Source: Octopus vulgaris (taxonomy: Eukaryota). From it: 64,000 nucleotides of DNA. The translations under genes and the position numbers were made by a program. The number at the start of each line of letters is the position of its first letter. Position 1 is the first letter of the stretch. Of the stretch, positions 13,492 to 26,655 are shown piece by piece. The DNA lies in assembly GCA_951406725.2 (NCBI GenBank), contig OX597821.1, forward strand, positions 83,576,001 through 83,640,000, given 5' to 3'. The notes beneath the pieces are model-generated. The model was not told where the DNA came from and ran no database searches. It saw only the letters and a program-made list of their open reading frames with translations.

Positions 13492-13543
13492 ATTTTGTTG
13501 ATTTTTCTGCTGCTTAAAATAAATATATATATATATATACATA

Positions 13544-13669
<126 letters not shown>

Positions 13670-13964
13670 AATATATACATATATATGTACATAGACATAT
13701 ATAAATATTATATCTTTTATCCATTACTTGTTTCACTTGTTAGACTGCACCCATGCTGGGGCACCACCTTGAAGAATATTTGGCTGCACAAATCCCTGCA
13801 CTTTTTTAAGCCTGGTCCTAAATTAATCAGCCTTTTTTGCTGAACTGGTAAGTAATGGGAATGTAAACAAACCAAACACCAGTTGTCAAGCTGTGATGGG
13901 GGACTAACAGAAACACACACACATACACATGTACACATATATATATATATATATAATATATATC

Positions 13965-14257
13965 ACGTGATCACGTGATCACGTGACCGACCAGACCATC
14001 AGATGTTGTTACACATTGCTGGTCACAATGCGTTCGCATTGTTTTAGCCTTCGAAGGACGCCACCCCGCTGGCTAAGTGAGCAGGCCAACAGAAGAAAGA
14101 GTGGGAGAAAGAGTGGTGAAAGAGTACAACAGGGATCACCACCATCCCCTGCCGGAGCCTCGTGGAGCTTTTAGGTGTTTTCGCTCAATAAACACACACA
14201 ACGCCTGGTCTGGGAATCGAAACTGTGATCCTGCGACCGCGAGTCCGCTGCCCTAAC

Positions 14258-14258
<1 letters not shown>
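13965..14258 (-). mobile_element. tRNA-derived SINE family C (tail type 1, (CACGTGAT)n end)
   Basis: Minus-strand head TGGAGGCGCAATGGCCTAGTGGTTAGGGCAGCGGACTCGCGG...TTCGATTCCC with A and B boxes. Confidence 0.8.
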
Positions 14259-14396
<138 letters not shown>

Positions 14397-15257
14397 ACAG
14401 GCTTCCTTCAGTTTCCATCTACCAAGTCCTCTCACAAGGCTTTGGTTGGTCCAAGGCTATAGTAGAAAACACTAGCCCAATGTGCCACGCAGCGGGACCA
14501 AAAGTTGAACCATGTGGTCAGGAAGCAAGTTTCTTAACTCAGTCATGCCTCCACCCATCTAACACAGACACTCACACACACACACACACACATGTATATA
14601 TACACACACACATACATGCATGCATGTGCGTATGTATATGACATGCTTCGGCTAGGTCTCTCTTTACCAAGTTTTTCTCATGAGACTCTGGTCACCCACC
14701 AACCAGAAGAGTCACACATACCATGATGCTGCCAAGCAAGCTTCTTAACCATACAGCCAAAAATAAACAACACCTCTAAGCAAGGTCACAAAGCTACTAG
14801 CTACCATATATTCCAATGAAAACAATCTATAAAATAAACATATCCAATTCACTTTGCCTACAAAGTTGTACACTCAGGGAAATCAAATAAAAATCAATTA
14901 AAGTCTTAACGACACAAGAGTAATCTAATTTTCCTTCCAATCTACTCTGTCTGATAGATTTGAACCATGATCCACCAGACGTCTTCCATGATAGCTTTCC
15001 AATCTAATTTGACACCTTCAAACTTCACCAGAGCTTTACAACTGAGAAGTAGAATGCATGCTTAGCCTCTCCCTCTCTCTCTCTTCCCTTTTGTCTCTCT
15101 TTCCAAACTAAGAGGCAGCCTCTGTGAGTGTTTATCTGTCCAGTGAGTGACAGTAATATGGTGCTGAAGAAGTGCCATAAATAATCTGGTTTAGTACTTG
15201 GTCAAAAGCATGTATAAATGTTGTCACCAAGCACTTTTAGGTAGTTACATACACTAC

Positions 15258-15412
15258 CTGATAACCCCAGACCTCCACCACGGTGGTGTCTCCTCTCCGC
15301 ACTGCAGTGTTATCAATAAATAAATCTTCCCAGACACATAAATGGAAATTAATGAATAAATAAAAGATCAGTAGAGTGTGCGGATGTAAATGTATGGGTG
15401 GACGGCTGTCTT
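15258..15412 (-). other. Candidate (probably untranslated) exon of the minus-strand gene
   Basis: TTTCTTTACTTTCAACTTAG|AAGACAG...GGGGTTATCAG|GTAGTG; unique sequence with retained CpGs between repeats. Confidence 0.3.
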
Positions 15413-15559
15413 CTAAGTTGAAAGTAAAGAAACTAGATTGATTTACATAATCTAAATGAAGCGACAGCAACTGATCAATAGAAAGTAGTGGGAATGAACA
15501 CACACACGCAAACACACACACACACGCGCGCGCGCGCGCACACACGCACACACACACAG

Positions 15560-15970
15560 AGGCACAGGCATAATAGTTTGGTATGAAGTTTGCTTTCCAA
15601 CCACATGGTTCTGGGTTCAGTTCCACTGTGTGGCACTATGGGCAAAAAATCTTCTACTTACAGGCCAGGGCTGACAAAAGCTTTATCAGTGGATTGAGTA
15701 GACAAAAACTGAAAGAAGCCAGTTGTATATATAAATATACATGCATGTGTGAGGGGTAGGTGGGGGTGTGTGTCTGAGTCTGTCTCCCACTACTACTTGA
15801 CAACTGGTGTTGGTTTGTTTATATTCCTGTAGCTTACTAGTTCAGCAAAAGGGGGCAATAGAAGAATATGTACCAGGCTTTAAAAATAAGTACTGGGGTC
15901 GATTTATTTGACTAAAACCCTTCAAGAAAATGCTCCAGCATGGCCACAGTCCAATGACTGAAATAAGTAA
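15560..15970 (+). mobile_element. SINE family A, diverged
   Basis: Head, CORE-like segment and gctccagcatggcc...tgactgaaa tail. Confidence 0.75.
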
Positions 15971-16179
15971 TGTGTGTGTATATAGACAGACAGACAGACA
16001 GACAGACAGATAGATAACTTTCTTTATTGACCACCCAGGCTGAACACAGAAGGGACAAATACAAATGTAGAGCTTTTCTTTTCGAAAATGAAAAAGAAAA
16101 AAAAAACAAAAAAAAGTAGACTTCCGATCAAAAGGGTCGGGGAAAAAGAAAAAAGGCAATCAAAAGGGATCGGGTATCA

Positions 16180-16190
16180 CAGACAAACAG

Positions 16191-16239
<49 letters not shown>

Positions 16240-16255
16240 TATATACATACATACA

Positions 16256-16289
<34 letters not shown>

Positions 16290-16455
16290 CATGCATACAT
16301 ACATACATACATACATACATAGACAAACAGACAGACAGACAGACAGACATATACATACATACATACATACATACATACATACATACATACATACATACAT
16401 ACATACATACATACATACATACATACATACATAGGCAGACAGACAGACAGATAGA
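16180..16455. repeat. Compound (GACA)n/(TACA)n tetranucleotide microsatellite
   Basis: Directly visible. Confidence 0.95.
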
Positions 16456-16742
16456 TAGATCAAAACAGTTTGATTCAGAATCCTTGGTACTCTGAGTTTC
16501 AAGGCCATGGTTAGTCTTCAGCCATTGGAATCTGAATGATAGATCGATTGAAGAGAGTCAATGCTTACTACTGGAGCACCAAGAATTCAGAATCAAATTG
16601 TTTTGATCTATATATTATGCGTCCAGCAATAAACATTGACTCTCTTTCATTAACCTCTCATTCAGACTCCAATGGCCGAAGACTAAGTACAAGCTTGAAG
16701 CTCAGAGTACCGAGAATTCTGAATCAAACTGTTTTGATCTAT
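16456..16742. mobile_element. Foldback MITE with long TIRs and an extra internal terminus
   Basis: TAGATCAAAACAGTTTGATTCAGAAT... at left, ...ATTCTGAATCAAACTGTTTTGATCTA at right; arms pair over ~120 bp; a third terminus copy at ~16578-16612; TA flanks. Confidence 0.75.
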
Positions 16743-17252
16743 ACATGTAACTCCCAATAAATGTGTTGAGTACCCTTCTTTTGTGTGTCTACTCACTCAT
16801 ACATATATACAACATACATATCAGTCCCATTGCAAGATACTGTGTGCAAGTGTCTCCCACTATAACCCTGGACAGGCCAAAACCTTGTGAACGGATTTGA
16901 TAGACAGAATCAGAAAGAAGACCATCGAACACATGCATGTGGGGAAGGGCGTATGTGTGTGTGTGCCTGAATGTATAATATGTATGTGTGTCTGAGAGTC
17001 ATTTGCCTGCAGTCCACTGTGAAAGCATGTCTGGGCTGTTTGTTTGATAAACTGTGAGGTTACAACCTTACTTAGAAACAGGTGTGAGTTGGTGACATAA
17101 TTTGGTAACAAGACATAGGAAACTTTGTCCCAGTATGCTCTTGCCTCATCTAAGCAAGCATGGAAAAGTAAATATTAAAACAACGACGATGATGATGATA
17201 TACACATACACGCACACACTTCTATACATGGATATACCTCTCTAAATAAAAA

Positions 17253-17640
17253 CGTGGTAAGTAGCTTGTTTACCAACCACATGGTTCCAGGTTCAGTCCC
17301 ACTGCGTGGCACCTTGTCTTCTACTATAGCCTTGGGCTGACCAAAGCCTTGTGAGTGGATCTGGTAGACGGAAACTGAAAGAAGCCCGTCGTATATATAT
17401 GTATAAATATATATGTGTGTGTGCGTGTATGTTTGTATGTCTGTGTTTGTCCCCCCAACATCGCTTGACATCGCTGGTGTGTTTATGTCTCCGTCACTTA
17501 GCGGTTTGGCAAAACAGACCGATAGAATAAGTACTGGGCTTACAAAGAACAAGTCCCGGGGTCGAGTTGCTCAATTAAAGGTGGTGCTCCAGCATGGCCG
17601 CAGTCAAATGACTGAAACAAGTAAAAGAGTAAAAGAGTAT
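17253..17640 (+). mobile_element. SINE family A (young)
   Basis: Near-consensus, (GTAAAAGA)n tail. Confidence 0.85.
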
Positions 17641-17721
17641 ATATATTGCCAGTAGGTCATATGTCTGAAAAAAGGGACACATGCTAAAGTATTAGAGTAG
17701 TAATGTATATTTTAGTAAGTT

Positions 17722-17858
17722 AAAAGCTGTAGCCACTCATAGAGTAACCATTGGTTTCACACCAATAAAGTGCTTAGTAGTATAATCACCTATACTGCTA
17801 AGTGCTTTATAGATGCAAAACCAATGGTTACTCTATGACTAGCCATAACTTGCAGCTT
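17722..17858. repeat. Long hairpin / palindromic MITE
   Basis: catagagtaaccattggttt...aaagtgcttagtagtata-atcacc-tatactgctaagtgcttt...aaaccaatggttactctatg. Confidence 0.75.
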
Positions 17859-17866
17859 CCTAAACA

Positions 17867-17917
<51 letters not shown>

Positions 17918-18499
17918 TACACAGCTGCAGGCAGAGCTGTTATTAACAAATTCGCTAAAAAATCATGTGATTCTAGTTTCGGTCTCACTGCATCTTAAGC
18001 AAATGTCAGTTACTATAACTTCAAGCAGACTAATATCTTCTCAGTGAAAACAGAAGATAGAAACGAAGCGGGTGTATGAGTATGTGAGTGTGCGTGTGTG
18101 CATGCGCACATACTCATACAAATGTGTGTGTTTGTGTGAGTTTGTGTATTTGTCCCCATGTTAGTCTTTATGTTGACACTGCTTGAAAAATTGCTTCTCT
18201 TGTCTTCATGTTATCATAATTTCTTGATGTAACAAATGGAAATCCCAGGGCTATAGTAGAAAACACTGGCCCAAGGAACCAGGCAGACAAACTGAACTAG
18301 AGACCATGTGGTCGGGAAGTGAAATTGGCAACCACACACAGCCAAGTCTACAACCAGGATTTTTTAACCACATGCATATATACACACACATATATATGCT
18401 TTAAGCACACACACACACATACACAGATGAATTTTCTACAAGCAAAGCTAAATAACCACCAACTACATTCAGTTTAGCTATAAATGTTTAAAAGTAGAC

Positions 18500-18972
<473 letters not shown>

Positions 18973-19176
18973 TATAGTTAATGTCATTCTTTTTATCCTC
19001 TGGCTTAATGCTATCACAAAGAGATGCTATCTGTATAAAAGCAACCAACCGTGTGTCTTTGCTCTTAAACAACCAATACTTGGGTGTGAAATATAATGTC
19101 CATGGTGTATCTTGATCACAGGCATGAGCTGTTCACATGCCAAGCATCAAAGAAAGAACACAACGCACACATTCTC

Positions 19177-19215
<39 letters not shown>

Positions 19216-19709
19216 GTGTTTAGAGTGGAAGTGAGTGTAGATAGAAATGTATCAATTGTGAAATTTGAATCAATTCACTTTTTTTTTTCAATAATGTTTT
19301 CCAAAAACAATTTCTTTCTTTAGTATGACAAAATTATGAAAACACTATGAAATAACAGTACACTTTTTTTTGTCTTCTTTTAATATGCTTACATATACAC
19401 AAACACACACATATAGACACACACACACACACGTATATATACATATACATACATAGATATAACTATACACATATGTGTGTGTGCGTGAGTGTGTATAAAA
19501 GATATATAGATAGAGATAAGTTATCCTGGTGGGTACTGTAATAGCTCACAGGTATCTTCCAGGTTCCGGTTAACCATATCAAATAATAATAAAGTTCAAT
19601 GATTGCTTGGAATGGGCAATCCCGCTGTAATTCATCTGATGGGTATATCCGTGTTTACCTTTTTGGATTATGAATATTTTCTGGAGAGTAAATTCCAAAC
19701 AATTACAAA

Positions 19710-19858
19710 GAATATGAAGACTGGTACATCTTCAAATTTTGTTTTGATTTAACAGTTAGTTAATAGATCATAATTAGTTACTTAAAACTAACTAATTATG
19801 TTCTATAACTAACTGTTAAATTAAAAGAAAATGTTAATGACATACCAGTCTTCGTATT
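19710..19858. repeat. Inverted repeat (~70-bp arms), possibly a Penelope-like terminus
   Basis: aatatgaagactggta...tttaacagttagtta...ataattagtta pairs with taactaattat...taactaactgttaaa...taccagtcttcgtatt. Confidence 0.65.
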
Positions 19859-19941
19859 TCATATAACATAGATATATGTCCCACCCATGCTAGCATGAAA
19901 GACGGATGTTAAGCGATGATGATGATGATGATACACATGTG

Positions 19942-19972
<31 letters not shown>

Positions 19973-19999
19973 TTATACACACACACACATACATATATA

Positions 20000-20711
20000 C
20001 AGGGTGGTGCAAAAGTCTGGGCCCATAGAGAAATGACGAAAAAGTATTTCTTATCTTAAACATAATTTTGATCATTTAATTATCATGTCATGTCGAATAC
20101 TATCCAAGGATTATGGTGTAGTTGGCCATAAGGGGAAGTACGATAATTGGTCCTCATTTCTTCTCAAACACACTAACAGGTGAGTCATACCATCATTTAC
20201 TAAAAACATTCCTTGTGCCTTGCCTAGATGACGTACCATTAGCAATTTGAAGAGATATGTGGTTTCAACAGGATGTGTCTCCGCCACATTATACGAAAGA
20301 TAAGAAGTCTTTTGGACAATACATTTCCAAGAAAATAGATTGGACGGTCAAGGACCGGTTGAATGGCCACCAAGATTGACATTTCCAAGAAAATGGATTG
20401 GACGGTCAAGGACCGGTTGAATGGCCACCAAGATCGCCGGATTTCAGTCAGATTTTTTTCATATGGGGACATCTTAAATCAGTGGTTTATGCTAACAGAC
20501 CGAGAATATTACAAGCACTAAAAGATAACATCATACAAGAAATTGAAACCATATGAGGGAATAACTCTATACTCAGAAATGTGCAAAGATCATGTGCCTC
20601 TGGAGTAAGAAAGTGTTTGGAAGAAGGTGGAAATGAGTTCAAACACTTATTATAAACCATAAATTGAAGTATAATAAATTGCTTATGGGTCCAAATTTTT
20701 GCACCACCCTG
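20000..20711 (+). mobile_element. Internally deleted Tc1/mariner-superfamily DNA transposon with transposase remnant
   Basis: 28-bp TIRs CAGGGTGGTGCAAAAGTCTGGGCCCATA / TATGGGTCCAAATTTTTGCACCACCCTG; TA on the left; frameshifted motifs WFQQD, EWPPRSPD, FFIWGHLKSVVY; internal ~58-bp tandem duplication. Confidence 0.85.
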
Positions 20712-20742
20712 TGTGTGTATGTATATATATATATATATATAT

Positions 20743-21118
20743 AGGCTTTACTTCCACACATGCCAGCTTAATTTAATTCGTCCTTAGTCGAAAGACACCT
20801 GTTGTTATATCCTGTTAATTGCATTTGTATTTGTGTAACGTTTTTCTGTTTTTTTCCTTCCTTGTTTTCGTATACATTCGCTGCTTTCTTCCAAGGAATC
20901 TAATGCTCTTAGCTTAGTTTTTCCCTGGGGCAGGCCAGATTGGAGCAATCTCGAGTATAACCAGCTGAAATTGCAAAGATAATCTGGAGCTTGACTGAGA
21001 ATAGAAAACTCCGAATGACCTGTCCTTGTTTTCTTTGTATCGTCCGTCTGGATGTTTTGTTGTCCCCTTTTTGTATCACCTAACTGTCTGGTTGTTTTGC
21101 GTTCTTGTCCCATTTTTG
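20743..21118. mobile_element. Unclassified repeat inserted in (TA)n (possibly Penelope-related)
   Basis: Complex, CpG-containing block bounded by (TA)n on both sides, T-rich on the + strand. Confidence 0.35.
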
Positions 21119-21404
21119 TATATATATATATATATATATGTATGTATATACACCAAGAAAGAGAGAACAAATTTCAGGGGTCAGTGTTCATATTCACTCA
21201 ATATATTTCAAAGCATTGGAATACTCCACAGCATACACAGGTGGATTCATCATATGCACAGGATATAATATAGAAATTCTTAAATTTCTCATGTTGCTTA
21301 AAACTTAAAGATTTAAATAACTCATTTATAAATCTTTTAGATTAACTATGATGAGAGAAATATAAATGATTGTTATGGTTGGAATTAACTCGCCCATACC
21401 AACC

Positions 21405-21542
21405 TTATTCTTTGTAAGCCCAGTACTTATTCTATCGGTCTCTTTTGCCGAACCGCTAAGTGACGGGGACGTAAACACACCAGCATCGGTTGTCAAGCAA
21501 TGCTAGGGGGACAAACACAGACACACACACACACACACACAC

Positions 21543-21601
<59 letters not shown>

Positions 21602-21768
21602 TACGACAGGCTTCTTTCAGTTTCCGTCTACCAAATCCACTCACAAGGCATTGGTCGGCCCGGGGCCATAGCAGAAGACACTTGCCCAAGATGCCACGCA
21701 GTGGGACTGAACCCGGAACCATGTGGTTGGTTAGCAAGCTACTTACCACACAGCCACTCCTGCGCCTA
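21405..21768 (-). mobile_element. SINE family A, young subfamily (3' end missing)
   Basis: Nearly identical to 23915-24340, 52264-52680 and 54295-54700. Confidence 0.85.
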
Positions 21769-21819
<51 letters not shown>

Positions 21820-22633
21820 TTACAAATTTTTATATTATATCTTGTGTATATGAATGCACCTGTGTATGGTGTGGAGTATTTCGATGTTTTGAAATATATT
21901 TTGTGAATATGAACACTGACCTTTGAAATTTGTTCTCTTCCTTGTTCTTTCTATTCCTGAGGCTCTATTAGAGAGCTAATTAGTTGTGCTGCATAAGAGG
22001 ATAATTATCCCATTTATTTCTTCATTAATTATAGATACACACACACACGTACTGTATATCGCTGGCATATAAGACACACTATTGCCTAAGACAAATCCCT
22101 AATTTACAAGTATGTTTTATAGAGAGAAAACAATTTTAGTAATTCCATCATACACTTTATGAAAGGTGTTTTAAACTGGTTTTCGAGGGGAAAATGATTG
22201 ATTCTGTACAGGTAACTTCAATACTGTGACAGGTACATTGGAATAAAATATGAAACCATAAATTCATTATATATAAACTACATCATACATGTACTGCATT
22301 TCAATTTTATCTTCTTTTAAACTAACTGTTTAGTAGTTTATATTCTAAACAAAAGAGGATGTAAAACTCTCATTTTTGGTTATGAAGCTTTGTGCATCCT
22401 GTCAACTACCAGTGTGGCATACAACCTCCATGGTTTCATTGTCAACCACTCAGAGCAAATGGCTAATAGGCAGACAAAAGTTTAACAGAATTTTCATTTA
22501 GATGATTAAAGAAATGTTTCTTAAAGATAAAACAGTCACTAAATAATGCAAGACACGTATCAGGCATGAGTTACATATGCTGGGCAAGGAGGTAGAATGA
22601 GGTGGTGTGATCTCTTTACATAAATACTGATAT

Positions 22634-23082
22634 AGGCCCAGGTGTGGCTGTGTGGTAAGAAGCTTGCTTCCCAACCACATGGTTCTAGGTTCAGTCCTAC
22701 TGTGTGGAACTTTGGGCAAGTATCTTCTACTATAGCCTTGGGTTGACCGAAGTCTTGTGAGTGGATTTGGTAGACGGAAACTGAAAGAAGCCATGTATGT
22801 ATGTGTGTGTGTGTGTGTGTGTGTATGTATTTATGTATGTATTTGTGTGTGCGTATCTTTGTGCCTGTGTTTGTGTTTGTACCCTCATCTTCATTTTGAC
22901 AACCAATGTTGGTGTGTTTACATCCTTATAACTTACCAGTTCAGCAAAAGAAATCAATAGAGTTAAGTACTAGGCTCACAATGAATAAATCCTGGTGATG
23001 ATTTCTTCGACTAAAACCCTTTAAGGCAGTGCTCAGCATGGCCACAGTCAAATGACTGAAACAGTTAAAAGAATAAAAGAAT
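22634..23082 (+). mobile_element. SINE family A
   Basis: Full head-to-tail match, moderately diverged. Confidence 0.8.
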
Positions 23083-23227
23083 ACTGTAAGCAATTTTTCC
23101 ATATACTTGTGCTAAGAGACTGGATATTTCAGGAATTAGAACAGGAATCTAAACAGGAATCTAAACAGGAATTAGAAGCAGTGCTAGTGTTGTGAACATT
23201 AACACACACACTGAATGTATGAGCCTT

Positions 23228-23524
23228 GCTTGTTGCCAGAAGGCTGCAATTTAGCGCAGTGGGGAGGACTCTCTCAAAGTGCCAGGTGTCAAAGTCATAG
23301 AACTAAATGTCTCATCTATCTATGACTTTGAGGCATTGTAACAACCAGCTGGTAGGCTACAGTTTAGCACGGTGGGGTAATTTCCTCATAGCGCTGGCTG
23401 TTACAACATCAGAAAGTCATAGACCTGAAAGTCTGATCTGTCTATGACTTTCAGGCATTTTAATTCCCAGTGCTTTGAGGGAGTCATCCCCACTGTGCTT
23501 TACCGCAGCCTAATGGCAAACAAA
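23228..23524. mobile_element. Foldback element with nested internal hairpins
   Basis: Outer arms ttgccagaaggctgc...cagtggggaggactctctcaaag / ctttgagggagtcatccccactg...gcagcctaatggcaa; two inner aaagtcataga...tctatgacttt hairpins. Confidence 0.65.
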
Positions 23525-23914
23525 TACAGCACATGCATTGTGTATGTATGATCAATAATTATATTATTAGGAACAATTTGTGTGCCAAGAGGACTTATAC
23601 ATATCAAGCTGCTAGCCTACAGCACTTGACCTCTCATCCATAAAACAGCTGCATAGGATACAGGGCAATTTTTGGGACACATCTAAAAATAGTAAAAATG
23701 ACATATATACATGCACACTATAAGAAGAACAAATCAAAAAGACATGGAGTAGATAGTACATCTAGGAAGGCATTCAGTAAACTGTAAAATGGTCATTGTT
23801 AGGAAGGGCGTCTAGTCATAGAAATCCTGCTGAATAAGTGAGTCATGACCTCCTCCTAAGGAGGGAACTGAACGGTGTCGATCTTTGCAAGTAGAGGAAA
23901 TGGACATAAAAGAA

Positions 23915-24133
23915 TACTCTTTTACTCTTTTACTTGTTTCAGTCATTTGACTGTGGCCATGCTGGAGCACCGCCTTTAATCGAGCAAATCGACCCCGGGA
24001 CTTATTCTTTTTGTAAGCCCAGTACTTATTCTATCAGTCTCTTTTGCCGAACCGCTAAGTGACGGGGACGTAAACACACCAGCATCGGTTGTCAAGCAAT
24101 GCTAGGGGGACAAACACAGACACACACACACAA

Positions 24134-24182
<49 letters not shown>

Positions 24183-24340
24183 TACGACAGGCTTCTTTCA
24201 GTTTCCGTCTACCAAATCCACTCACAAGGCATTGGTCGGCCCGGGGCTATAGCAGAAGACACTTGCCCAAGATGCCACGCAGTGGGACTGAACCCGGAAC
24301 CATGTGGTTGGTTAGCAAGCTACTTACCACACACCCACTC
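23915..24340 (-). mobile_element. SINE family A, young subfamily
   Basis: Near-consensus with CpGs intact. Confidence 0.85.
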
Positions 24341-24474
24341 CTTGATGAATATATTAATAAACTTATGCTGGTAAATATACTAAACCTGTATTTCTCAGGA
24401 AGGCTAACCATGGGGATTGAAATAGCAGTGGAGAAATAACCATGTTTATTAAAATCAAGGTGACTTTACACTTT

Positions 24475-24692
24475 TTAACCTTTTAGTAATCTGTCAAACG
24501 TAATACTTATTTAGTCTTATTGTTTTGAATTAATCAGCGTTATGTTGTAGCTTTGAAATTTTGATGAGGTAACTGTTCATTTTTAGAATGATATTGTAAG
24601 GCTGGTGTGAGAGGTTAGATCTGGCCAATTTGGACACAAAATAGGTCGAATATTTTGGCTGGATATGGCCTGCTTAAATGCTAAAGGGTTAA
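24475..24692. mobile_element. piggyBac-type MITE
   Basis: TTAA|CCTTTTAG...CTAAAGGG|TTAA; a related copy lies at ~46360-46596. Confidence 0.6.
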
Positions 24693-26655
24693 ACTTGTCC
24701 ATGACTCTGGAATACAAAAAAAGAAGGATTTTATATTTGTAAACTCTGATTTGTTTTCTTATTAATAAAAAGGAGTGGCAAAAATTCTACTAATAATTTT
24801 GTAGGGAAAGCCTAGTTTTTGCCACTTTGAGCAAAACTGTACTAAACAACCTCAGTGCATTGCTGGTGGCACCTCTCCTCCAGAGTTTACCAACCTTCTT
24901 TGTCCTTTGTTCTTTGACCTACTTCAAAAGACAGAAAAAGAAGTGCCCCCTCCCCCTGAATAAAGTTGGTAAATATAACACACACTTGCACACACACAAC
25001 AGAATTTTCAATTAAAACTTAATTGGAAACTTTGCTCACTTGTTAATTACTTACAACCCATTCTATAGTAAATCACATCCAACAGCCATGACCTACCTTT
25101 AGGAAAACTGTTCTAAACAGACTTCTATGTTACCATCTTTGAATAGTTCACAAATTAACAGTCAGCTGGTGCCATCACGGCTTGACCAATTGCTTGTGAG
25201 TGAAATTTGGTAGTCAGGAACTGTGTCATATATGTATACAAATGTATAACACACACACACACACATGCATGTATGCATGCATACATACATACACACACAT
25301 ACATACACACATATACATACATACATACATACATACATACACATACATACACACACATACATACATACATACGTACATACATACATACATACATGCACAC
25401 ATACATACATACAAGGTGGAAGTAAACTCGTGACCAACTTAAACCACTTCCTAAACCCATTAAGTCCATGTAAATATTCCAAGAGTCCAAGAAGTTCCTG
25501 TGTGTGAATTTGTTTCGAGTGGTTAAAGTGTTCTACAGCAATAAACCCACTTTTCAAAGCAATCAGCTACAAAACCAGTGACACAACAGAAGTTAACTGC
25601 ACTTCAGGCTTTTTATAAGGACTCACCTTCCCCTATATACCTATGTATCTGTGTGCTTTTGTGCTTTTGTGCTTGTGCTTGTCCCCAAACCCCACTATGT
25701 GACAACCAGTGTTGGTGTATTTACATCCTTGTAACTTAGGGGTTCAGGAAAAAGGACTGATAACAGGATAAGTAACAGGCTTAAAAACAAAAGGAAATTA
25801 AGAATAGGGGTTAATTCATTCAACTGAAACAAATTCTTCAAGGTCGTGCTCCAGCATGGACGCAGTCTAAAGATTGAAACAAAAGATTGTGATGAATAAA
25901 AACAATTATAGAATATGCATATAATATTTAATAAATTGTATTAGACTTGATTAGAAAGAAAATCTCAAAGACAAGTGACTTTTATAACCCCAGACCAGCC
26001 AAAGATTTGTGAGTTGCATGTGTGCGTGTGTATGTGTTTATATGTGTGCATACTTGTTTGTTTGTTTGTGTGTGTGTGTGTGTGTGCGCGCATAAGCATG
26101 TGCGTATGTATGTATGCATGAGAACCTCTATGAGAACAAAAAGTTGGAGGTGTGAAATGTGTGGCTGTGTACTCCTTTCCGAGGCTGGGTATGACAACCA
26201 TCACAAAGTCCCATGAAAGATATGCAGCATCCTTCCTCCTAGACCCGGTGATTTGATGTGCTTAGTGAGTGAAAGGACTTACAAGTTGAATTTGGGTCTG
26301 AAGAGAAATACAATAGTTCACAAGAATCACATTCCACAAAGTGATCGGATCAATCCTGTGAAAGTTACAATTTTCGTTTGTCACCTTTGCTTCAAATCAG
26401 ACAGATTTGCAGTGGGGCTGAATAGTATTCTGAGCGGTCAGACGGTCAGAAATGTCATTGACAATGAAGAAGCTGAGAAAGACGGCTGTCATGCATTTGG
26501 CTGTTTACTCTAGGTTTGCACTTTACGTTTGTGCTCCATGGAAGTTGTTAGCTGTGAATGGTGCCGTTGTCACAAGTCAACAAATCGTCCGCTCACTTCA
26601 TGCCTTTGAAGATATATGAAATTAAAGATCCCCCTACTTGAAAACAGGTAATATG

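Larger units (their letters stand above)
13294..13523. mobile_element. Penelope-like terminal-repeat remnant: ~75-bp-arm inverted repeat inserted in (TA)n
   Basis: 13364-13438 is the near-perfect reverse complement of 13446-13523; each arm carries a hammerhead core; flanked on both sides by (TA)n. Confidence 0.65.

Noticed and set aside
20990-21030. Possible hammerhead (ctgagaa...ccgaat)
   Set aside because: Core and stems too degenerate to call.
21456-24439. Recurrent ORFs such as ...RQASFSFRLPNPLTRHWSARG...
   Set aside because: Reading frames through SINE-A copies; they recur because the repeat recurs, not because of a protein family.
25615-25640. Strong minus-strand donor GAAG|GTGAGT
   Set aside because: Lies at the edge of a probable MITE/SINE junction with no supporting acceptor or exon.
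26100-26620. Possible transposase remnant
   Set aside because: Too degraded to assign motifs confidently.
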